From Bacteroidales bacterium (GTDB lineage Bacteria > Bacteroidota > Bacteroidia > Bacteroidales > GCA-2748055), in the NCBI GenBank assembly GCA_029931975.1, contig JAOZQY010000003.1, forward strand, positions 67,420 to 131,419: a stretch of DNA of 64,000 nt, written 5' to 3'. The position numbers were made by a program, and so were the translations under genes. The notes under the pieces are model-generated. The model was not told where the DNA came from. It searched no databases and saw only the letters and a program-made list of their open reading frames with translations. This document shows, one piece after another, positions 56,770 to 64,000 of the stretch; within the stretch, counting starts at the first letter, position 1; every line of letters starts with the position of its first letter.

Positions 56770-58881
56770 ATGAAAAACCTGCTTTCAATTATTCTAGTTT
56801 TTATGACCATAGGCTGTACACAGCAACAAACTTTTACCTACCCTGAAACAGCCAAAGGCGATGTGGTGGATAACTATCACGGTACCGATGTCCCTGACCC
56901 CTACAGGTGGCTGGAAGATGATATGTCGGATGAGACGGCTGCCTGGGTAAAAGCACAAAACGAGGTAACTTTCTCCTACCTGGAAACAATCCCGTTCAGA
57001 GATGCTCTGAAAAAACGTATGACCGAGATCTGGAACTATCCCAGGATGGGTACGCCCTTCAAGGAGGGTGATCTCTACTTCTACGGCTACAATACAGGGC
57101 TGCAGAACCAGAACATCATCTATATGAAAAAGAGCCTGGAAGAAGAGGGTGAGGTTTTTCTTGATCCCAATGGTTTTTCTGAGGATGGAACCGTTGCCCT
57201 GGCCGGCCTGAGTTTTTCCAATGATCATAAGTATGTGGCATATGGAATTTCCAAAGGGGGATCCGACTGGAGGGAGTTCTTCATCAAAGATGTTGCCACA
57301 GGAGAGGATCTGAACGATCATATTGAGTGGATTAAGAACTCGGGGGTATCCTGGTATAAAAACGGCTTCTTTTATACTCGTTTCGACACACCTGCCAAAG
57401 GCGATGAATTGAAAGGTGAAAATAAAAATGCAAAAGCCTATTACCATAAAATGGGCACAGGTCAGTCAGAAGACATGCTGGTTCATAAAGATGACGCACA
57501 TCCGGAACGCAGTTTTCATATGGGGGTCACAGAAGATGAAAACTATATTATGTTGATGGCCTACGAATCGACCAGTGGCAATTCGCTGGCATTTAAGAAA
57601 GCCGGACTGGATGACAGCCCTTTTACCTGGATTGATGAGGGCTTCGAGGATGATTATTCACCCATAGGTAACCACAAGAACATGCTCTATGTGCTAACCA
57701 ACAATGAAGCTCCCCTTTACCGACTGGTAGGGATCGATCTGGATAATCCGGCAAAAGAGAACTGGGTGGATATCATTCCCGAACATGAGCTTAATGTTCT
57801 GGAATCGGCCACCCTGGCAGGAGGGAAGATCATTGCTTCCTTTATCAAGGATGCCTACAATATGGCAGCTGTTTACCAGCTTGATGGAAATCTGCTTCAC
57901 GAAGTATCTGTACCAGGAATTGGTTCCATAGGAGGTTTCAGCGGAAAGATGGAAGACAAAACAGCCTTTTACAGTTTTACTTCCTTTAACTATCCCACTA
58001 CCACATTCAAATATAATATTGAAGAGAATATTTCAGAAGTTTTCTACGCACCCGAGGTTGATTTTGATGCTGAAACTTACGAAACCAAACAGGTATTCTA
58101 TACCAGCAAGGATGGAACAATGGTTCCCATGTTCATCGTACATAAAAAAGGTCTGGAACCCGATGGTACCAATCCCACGCTATTATATGGTTACGGGGGC
58201 TTTAATATTTCCATGACCCCATCGTTCAGCACCACACGTGCCGTATGGCTGGAACAGGGCGGCGTCTTTGCAATGGCCAATATCAGGGGTGGTGGAGAAT
58301 ATGGTGAAGGCTGGCACAAAGAAGGAACCAAACTACAGAAACAAAATGTCTTCGATGACTTTATTGCAGCTGCAGAATACCTGATTGATGAGAACTATAC
58401 CTCCAGCAAACGACTAGCCATCTATGGCGGTTCCAATGGCGGTTTGCTTATTGGCGCTGTAATCAACCAGCGGCCCGAACTTTTTGCTGCAGCCATCCCC
58501 ATGGTGGGTGTGATGGATATGCTTCGCTTTCATAAGTTCACCATTGGTCGCTACTGGGCAGTTGACTACGGATCGTCCGACGACCCGGAAGAATTCAAAT
58601 ACCTGTTGGGCTATTCCCCTATTCACAATATTTCGGGCGACAAAGACTATCCTGCTGTGCTTATTACCACTGGGGACCACGACGACAGGGTGGTACCTGC
58701 CCACTCCTTTAAATATGCCGCCACACTGCAGGAGAAGTACACCGGGAACAATCCAGTAATGATACGCATCAATACAGATGCCGGTCATGGTGCAGGGAAA
58801 CCCACCGATATGGTAATCCAGGAATATACCGATGTATGGTCATTTATATATAAGAACATAGACTATACACCCAAATTTTAG
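56770..58881 (+). CDS. Prolyl oligopeptidase (S9A) lipoprotein
   Basis: DPYRWLED, YGYGGF, GGSNGG nucleophile, DHDDRV and AGHGAGKP. Confidence 0.95.
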   Translation: MKNLLSIILVFMTIGCTQQQTFTYPETAKGDVVDNYHGTDVPDPYRWLEDDMSDETAAWVKAQNEVTFSYLETIPFRDALKKRMTEIWNYPRMGTPFKEGDLYFYGYNTGLQNQNIIYMKKSLEEEGEVFLDPNGFSEDGTVALAGLSFSNDHKYVAYGISKGGSDWREFFIKDVATGEDLNDHIEWIKNSGVSWYKNGFFYTRFDTPAKGDELKGENKNAKAYYHKMGTGQSEDMLVHKDDAHPERSFHMGVTEDENYIMLMAYESTSGNSLAFKKAGLDDSPFTWIDEGFEDDYSPIGNHKNMLYVLTNNEAPLYRLVGIDLDNPAKENWVDIIPEHELNVLESATLAGGKIIASFIKDAYNMAAVYQLDGNLLHEVSVPGIGSIGGFSGKMEDKTAFYSFTSFNYPTTTFKYNIEENISEVFYAPEVDFDAETYETKQVFYTSKDGTMVPMFIVHKKGLEPDGTNPTLLYGYGGFNISMTPSFSTTRAVWLEQGGVFAMANIRGGGEYGEGWHKEGTKLQKQNVFDDFIAAAEYLIDENYTSSKRLAIYGGSNGGLLIGAVINQRPELFAAAIPMVGVMDMLRFHKFTIGRYWAVDYGSSDDPEEFKYLLGYSPIHNISGDKDYPAVLITTGDHDDRVVPAHSFKYAATLQEKYTGNNPVMIRINTDAGHGAGKPTDMVIQEYTDVWSFIYKNIDYTPKF

Positions 58882-58888
58882 TTTTGAA

Positions 58889-59524
58889 TTGAAATACAAA
58901 TATTTAGTTATAGAGGGGAATATCGGGGCCGGGAAAACAAGCCTGGCTACGATGCTGGCCCGAGATACGGGCAGCCGCCTGGTTCTGGAGACATTTAGTA
59001 ATAATCCTTTTTTAGCAAAATTCTATGAAGATCCGGAACGCTATGCCTTTCAGCTTGAACTCTCCTTTCTTTCAGAACGATATCACCAGATTAAGAATGA
59101 ACTGGGACACCCGGACCTGTTTGGCCAATCTGTTATCAGCGACTACTTTCTGGCTAAATCCTTCATATTCAGTAAATATAATCTGAAAGATGACGAGATG
59201 AAATTGTTTGAAAAACTTTTCTCCATTATCAATTTGCAAGCCCCCATACCCGACCTATATGTTTACCTCCATGCTCCTGTGGATAAATTACTCGAAAACA
59301 TTAAGTTACGAGGAAGGAATTATGAAAAATATATTCAGGATGATTATCTTAAAGAGGTTCAGGATGGCTATTTTGGCTTCTTTAAATCACAACAAAAGAT
59401 GAAAATTCTGGTTATAGATACTAGTAATCTTGACTTTGTGAATAAAAAGCACGATTTTGAAGAATTGAAAAGAAATATCTTTGGAGGAAGTTTTAGTATG
59501 GGAATGAATATGCTTATATTGTAA
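58889..59524 (+). CDS. Deoxynucleoside kinase
   Basis: TTG start; IEGNIGAGKT P-loop, NPFLAKFY, PDLYVYL and RGRNYE. Confidence 0.92.
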   Translation: MKYKYLVIEGNIGAGKTSLATMLARDTGSRLVLETFSNNPFLAKFYEDPERYAFQLELSFLSERYHQIKNELGHPDLFGQSVISDYFLAKSFIFSKYNLKDDEMKLFEKLFSIINLQAPIPDLYVYLHAPVDKLLENIKLRGRNYEKYIQDDYLKEVQDGYFGFFKSQQKMKILVIDTSNLDFVNKKHDFEELKRNIFGGSFSMGMNMLIL

Positions 59525-59639
59525 TATAATATGGTCATTCAGCATTAAATTCTTTATTTTTATCAAAAACATTACTAGTTTTGCAGCGAAATAACTAAAA
59601 CCATGAAACGTAAATTAATCAACAAATAATCAGATTGGT

Positions 59640-61358
59640 ATGAAAAAAATTAAAAACCTTGCGATTTTTATCCTCGCAGCCGCAGTGCTCAGTAGTTGTG
59701 GTGGCCTGAACAAAATGGTCAAAGATTCTGACCAGGTAGGTTACCAGGTAAATCCAGAGGTTCTGGAAATGCATGCTGGCGAAGTTGATGTGACTGTCGA
59801 AGCAAATTACCCTGCTAAGTACTTCAACAAAAAAGCTATTGTTACTCTTACCCCCATCCTTAGATATGAAGGTGGTGAAACAGCACTTGAAGCCCTGGTT
59901 CTCCAAGGACAGGATGTTACTGAAAACAACAAACCAATAAGCTATGATACCGGTGGCTCTGGTAGCGTTTCAAGAACATTCACCTATGAGGATGCCATGA
60001 TGATGTCAGAGCTTTATCTCCACATCACTGGTTCCATTAAAGATAAGACTGCAGACCTGGGTGAGGTAAAACTTGCTGACGGAATCATCACTACACCATT
60101 ACTTGTCCAGGATGATGCCAAAGCTATTCTGTTCGACAATAACTTTAAGCAGATTGTTCCTGAATCATATCAGGCCGACATCAAGTATGTCATCAACAGG
60201 GCTGATGTTCGTCGTACTGAAATGAAGAAAGATGAGATTTCCGGACTTAACGAGACTCTTGTAAATGCCAATGAAAATGAAAGGCTCGACTTGAAAGGGA
60301 TAGAAATTTCAGCCTACGCTTCTCCCGATGGCGAATTAGATCTGAATGCTAAGCTTGCTGACAAGCGACAGAAAACTGCGGAGAAATATCTATCCGGTCA
60401 ATTGAAAAAAGCTGATATCGAAGTTGCAGAGGAGCTAATGAGCTTGCTTTCAACCCCGGAAGACTGGGAAGGATTCAAAACAGCACTGGAAGCCTCTGAC
60501 ATTCAGGACAAAGAGATGATCCTCAGAGTACTCAGCATGCACTCCGACCCCGTTGTTCGTGAGCAGGAAATCAAAAATCTTACCGCTGCGTATGAAGTAA
60601 TCGCTGAAGAGATCCTTCCTCTACTGAGAAGGTCCCAGTTTACTGTGAATATGGACAAAATTGGATGGAGCGATGAGGAGCTGAAAGAACTCTGGACAAG
60701 CAATCCCGACACCCTGGTACTGGAAGAACTTCTCTACACTGCCACTCTGGAAGATGGCAATGATACAAAACTGGCCATTTACACCAAAGCCACAGAAGTT
60801 TCTCCCAAGTGCGTACGTGCACACAATAACAAGGGTGTTGTACTTTATGAAAAGGGAGACCTGGAAGGAGCCGCTGCTGCTTTCAATGCAGCCAAGGCCC
60901 TGAAAGATCACGATATCGTTAACAACAACCTTGGTGTTATTGCCCTTAAGAATGGCGATGTTGCCGCTGCCAAAGAAGCCTTTACCGCTTCCATGGGAGC
61001 TGGTTCAAATGTTAACTACAACCTGGGAATTGTAAGCATTAAAGAAGGTCAATATGAGACAGCCATTAACTACTTTGGCAGTGAACCTTCCTTCAATGCA
61101 TCTCTGGCAAAATATCTGAATGGAGACGATGAAGGTGCTTTCAGAACAGCTGCAAACCTTGAGCAGGATTCACCTTACCGTTACTACCTGCTGGCTATTA
61201 TTGCTGCAAGCCAGGACAAGCCTGAAGTGGTTTATGAAAACCTGAAATTGGCTGTTGAGAAATGTAAAAATCCACAGTACATGAAGGACCATGCCAAGAA
61301 AAATCTTGAGTTCGCCAAGCTTTTCGAAGAGGCAGAATTCAAAGCAATTGTTGAGTAA
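59640..61358 (+). CDS. Conserved Bacteroidota TPR-containing lipoprotein
   Basis: Lipobox LSSC; ISAYASPDG and PEDWEGF; C-terminal TPR repeats. Confidence 0.8.
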   Translation: MKKIKNLAIFILAAAVLSSCGGLNKMVKDSDQVGYQVNPEVLEMHAGEVDVTVEANYPAKYFNKKAIVTLTPILRYEGGETALEALVLQGQDVTENNKPISYDTGGSGSVSRTFTYEDAMMMSELYLHITGSIKDKTADLGEVKLADGIITTPLLVQDDAKAILFDNNFKQIVPESYQADIKYVINRADVRRTEMKKDEISGLNETLVNANENERLDLKGIEISAYASPDGELDLNAKLADKRQKTAEKYLSGQLKKADIEVAEELMSLLSTPEDWEGFKTALEASDIQDKEMILRVLSMHSDPVVREQEIKNLTAAYEVIAEEILPLLRRSQFTVNMDKIGWSDEELKELWTSNPDTLVLEELLYTATLEDGNDTKLAIYTKATEVSPKCVRAHNNKGVVLYEKGDLEGAAAAFNAAKALKDHDIVNNNLGVIALKNGDVAAAKEAFTASMGAGSNVNYNLGIVSIKEGQYETAINYFGSEPSFNASLAKYLNGDDEGAFRTAANLEQDSPYRYYLLAIIAASQDKPEVVYENLKLAVEKCKNPQYMKDHAKKNLEFAKLFEEAEFKAIVE

Positions 61359-61376
61359 CATAATTGATTAATCTTT

Positions 61377-61410
61377 AAAAAAACCGTCCACCAGTGGTGG
61401 ACGGTTTTTT
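61377..61410. terminator. Bidirectional intrinsic terminator
   Basis: AAAAAAACCGTCCACC-AGT-GGTGGACGGTTTTTT between convergent genes. Confidence 0.9.
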
Positions 61411-61943
61411 TATATACGGCGAAAAAGTTCCCAGATCACTATCCCGGCTGCCACTGATACATTCAGGGAGTGCTTGGTGCCAAATTGGGGAATTTCGATG
61501 CACTGATTGCTCATATCCACCACCTCCTGATCCACCCCCCTGATTTCGTGCCCGAATACAAGTGCATATTTCTCTCCGGCCGACAACTGAACCTGATCAA
61601 GCAAAACAGATCCTTCGGCCTGCTCAACTGACCATATCTGGTATCCATCGTTTTTTAATTCTGCAATGGCATCTTTTGTCTCCTCCCTGTACTCCCAGCA
61701 AACAGATTCTGTAGCCCCCAGTGCGGTCTTATGAATCTCCCTGTGGGGTGGAGTTGCTGTGATTCCGCATAGGTATAACCCTTCCAGGCGAAAGGCATCT
61801 GCTGTGCGAAAAAGTGAACCAATATTATTCAGACTTCTTATATTATCCAGCACGAGAAGAATGGGGACCTTTACCACATTTTTAAAGGCCTCAAGCGATA
61901 GTCTGTCCAACTCTTCATTCATTAATTTTCTCATAGTAACCAT
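61410..61943 (-). CDS. TrmH/SpoU family RNA methyltransferase
   Basis: LDNIRSLNNIGSLFRTADAF, VFGHEIRGV and KHSLNVSVAAGI. Confidence 0.93.
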   Translation of the reverse strand: MVTMRKLMNEELDRLSLEAFKNVVKVPILLVLDNIRSLNNIGSLFRTADAFRLEGLYLCGITATPPHREIHKTALGATESVCWEYREETKDAIAELKNDGYQIWSVEQAEGSVLLDQVQLSAGEKYALVFGHEIRGVDQEVVDMSNQCIEIPQFGTKHSLNVSVAAGIVIWELFRRI

Positions 61944-62067
61944 AATAAAACGAATTTAGCTAATAAGATCTAACTACTAACAATTAACTTTTAACTTTTT
62001 CCTTTCCTTCTATTTACTAAATTTGTCGTACCCATAAACCAATAATCTTTAACCAATAGCCTTAACT

Positions 62068-63258
62068 ATGAATATCCATGAATTCCAGGGAAAACAAATT
62101 TTACAACAGTTTGGTGTATCTGTACCCTCCGGGGGAGTGGCACTAACTGCAGCAGAAGCAGTTGAGACCGCCCGCCTAATCCAGAAAGAAACTGGTGCAA
62201 ATACCTGGGCTGTTAAAGCACAGATCCATGCTGGAGGAAGAGGCAAGGGAGGTGGTGTTAAGATTGCAAAATCCCTGGATGAAGTAAAGGAATATGCCGA
62301 AGATATTCTGGGTATGACCCTCGTTACCCACCAGACGGGTCCCGAAGGAAAACTGGTCAGGCGGGTACTGGTTGAACAGGGAATATTCTATCCCGGAGAA
62401 AGCGATCCCCGTGAGTTCTACATGAGTGTATTGCTTAACCGCGATACCGGTAAGAATATCATTATGTACTCCACGGAGGGAGGAATGGATATTGAAACAG
62501 TAGCCGAAAAGACCCCCCACCTGATCTTTAAAGAGGAAGTTGACCCGGGTACCGGCATCCAGGCTTTCCAGGCAAGGCGAATTGCCTTTAACCTGGGATT
62601 GTCGGGACAGGCCTTTAAAGAGATGAGTAAGTTTGCCACGGCCCTCTACATGGCCTATGAGAAATCCGATGCCTCTCTCTTTGAAATAAATCCTGTGTTT
62701 AAAACATCTGATAATCATATTATGGCAGCTGATGCCAAGGTGAATATCGACGACAATGCACTCTACAGGCATACCGATTATGCTGCCATGAGGGACCTGA
62801 ACGAAGAAGATCCCACCGAGGTGGAAGCCGGTGAATTTAATCTGAATTTTATTAAGCTGGATGGAAACGTGGGCTGCATGGTAAATGGAGCCGGTCTTGC
62901 CATGGCAACCATGGATATTATCAAACTATCGGGAGGTGAACCTGCAAATTTCCTTGATGTGGGTGGTACAGCCAATGCAGAGACCGTGGAGGCCGGGTTC
63001 AGAATCATATTGAAAGATCCCGCCGTGAAGGCAATCCTGATCAATATATTTGGTGGAATTGTCCGTTGCGACCGGGTTGCGGATGGAGTTGTAGAAGCTT
63101 ACAGGTCCATTGGTAAAATTGAGATTCCTGTGATTGTAAGGCTGCAGGGAACCAATGCCGAGGAAGCAAAGGTACTTATCGATCAATCAGGACTTGAAGT
63201 TCACTCTGCCATCACCCTTGAAGAAGCAGCTGACAAGGTCAAAGAGCTGGTTCATTAA
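62068..63258 (+). CDS. sucC: Succinyl-CoA synthetase beta subunit
   Basis: MNIHEFQGK, KAQIHAGGRGKGGGV, NGAGLAMATMD and PANFLDVGG. Confidence 0.97.
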   Translation: MNIHEFQGKQILQQFGVSVPSGGVALTAAEAVETARLIQKETGANTWAVKAQIHAGGRGKGGGVKIAKSLDEVKEYAEDILGMTLVTHQTGPEGKLVRRVLVEQGIFYPGESDPREFYMSVLLNRDTGKNIIMYSTEGGMDIETVAEKTPHLIFKEEVDPGTGIQAFQARRIAFNLGLSGQAFKEMSKFATALYMAYEKSDASLFEINPVFKTSDNHIMAADAKVNIDDNALYRHTDYAAMRDLNEEDPTEVEAGEFNLNFIKLDGNVGCMVNGAGLAMATMDIIKLSGGEPANFLDVGGTANAETVEAGFRIILKDPAVKAILINIFGGIVRCDRVADGVVEAYRSIGKIEIPVIVRLQGTNAEEAKVLIDQSGLEVHSAITLEEAADKVKELVH

Positions 63259-63260
63259 GA

Positions 63261-64000
63261 TCAAATCAGTTGGCGTTGGCCTAATATCTCCTCCATCTGT
63301 TTTTGCAGTCTGGAAGCTTCTTCCCTGGCAGCATCTTCGAATTTGTTGGTTACATCAGCATAAATAATCGACCTGCTGGCATTGACAAGCAAACCGCAGC
63401 GATCGTTCATCCCGTACCTGGCTACCTCATTCAGACTTCCTCCCTGGCTTCCCACTCCGGGAACCAGCAGAAAATGTTCAGGAATCAAGGTCCTGATCCT
63501 GGTCAGGGCTTCAGCTTTTGTGGCACCAACTACATACATAATATTATTTACAGTTCCCCATCCGGATGACGTGCTGATCACCTCTTCAAATAAAAGTTTC
63601 TTACTCTCAAGTTTGAGTTGCTGAAAATCTTTGGATCCGTCATTAGACGTTAGTGCCAGCAATATCGCCCATTTCCCCTTTACCTCCAGGAAGGGGGAGA
63701 TACTATCGTAACCCATATAAGGAGAAAGTGTGATCGCATCACAATCCAAGGTTTTAAAAAATGCATGGGCATACATATGAGAAGTGTTCCCTATATCGCC
63801 CCTTTTAGCATCCGCAATAATAAAAAGGTCAGGATAGGTCTCCCTGATATAAGTTATTGTCATTTCCAGACTCATGTATCCTGCGGCACCCAACATTTCA
63901 TAAAATGCCAGGTTGGGTTTATAAGCCACTGCATATTCCTGTGTAGCATCAATAATCTGCTTATTGTACTCAAATACAGGGTACTCCTTATGGAGAAGCA
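63261..64000 (-). CDS. pyrF: Orotidine-5'-phosphate decarboxylase (5' end off the window)
   Basis: YKPNLAFYE, DAKRGDIGNT, LVPGVGSQGG and NASRSI. The frame is open to the window edge. Confidence 0.95.
   Translation of the reverse strand, partial: LLHKEYPVFEYNKQIIDATQEYAVAYKPNLAFYEMLGAAGYMSLEMTITYIRETYPDLFIIADAKRGDIGNTSHMYAHAFFKTLDCDAITLSPYMGYDSISPFLEVKGKWAILLALTSNDGSKDFQQLKLESKKLLFEEVISTSSGWGTVNNIMYVVGATKAEALTRIRTLIPEHFLLVPGVGSQGGSLNEVARYGMNDRCGLLVNASRSIIYADVTNKFEDAAREEASRLQKQMEEILGQRQLI

Noticed and set aside
62068-63258. sucC without an adjacent sucD
   Set aside because: Separation of sucC and sucD is common in Bacteroidota.
1-64000. CRISPR arrays, tRNA/rRNA genes, transposases, integrases, prophage genes
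   Set aside because: None recognised. Intergenic gaps are short, and no spaced direct repeats or recombinase motifs were seen.

Overview
Gene-dense chromosomal window from a Bacteroidota genome, probably a Bacteroidales-like anaerobe. Evidence for the phylum: TAnnTTTG promoter boxes, a T9SS C-terminal sorting domain, DUF2851/DUF4294/DUF5777-type genes and AT-rich translation starts. Most of the window is housekeeping or peptide metabolism: partial trpE with a Trp-Trp-Trp leader attenuator, S9 and M3 peptidases, pcm, gcvP, ssb, a cold-shock protein, an acyl-CoA carboxylase operon, arcA, rpsO-pnp, sucC and partial pyrF. The standout is a ~10 kb respiratory island (25.5-35.5 kb). It encodes five c-type cytochromes with 28 CxxCH motifs plus one CX3CH. 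These include a heptaheme + cytochrome b pair with CbcBA-like architecture, a collagen-stalked hexaheme lipoprotein, and a 10-11-heme lipoprotein carrying a non-heme GGCGG cysteine next to a double-rhodanese lipoprotein. The island also has a beta-barrel, an NrfJ-like lipoprotein and two Crp/Fnr regulators. It is a candidate molybdopterin-independent sulfur/polysulfide-reducing or extracellular electron transfer system. Also notable: an ECF sigma/FecR module whose STN-bearing partner is not a TonB-dependent barrel, and three genes collapsed by internal deletions. I saw no rRNA, tRNA, CRISPR array or transposase. Family assignments come from motif recognition by eye, not database searches.
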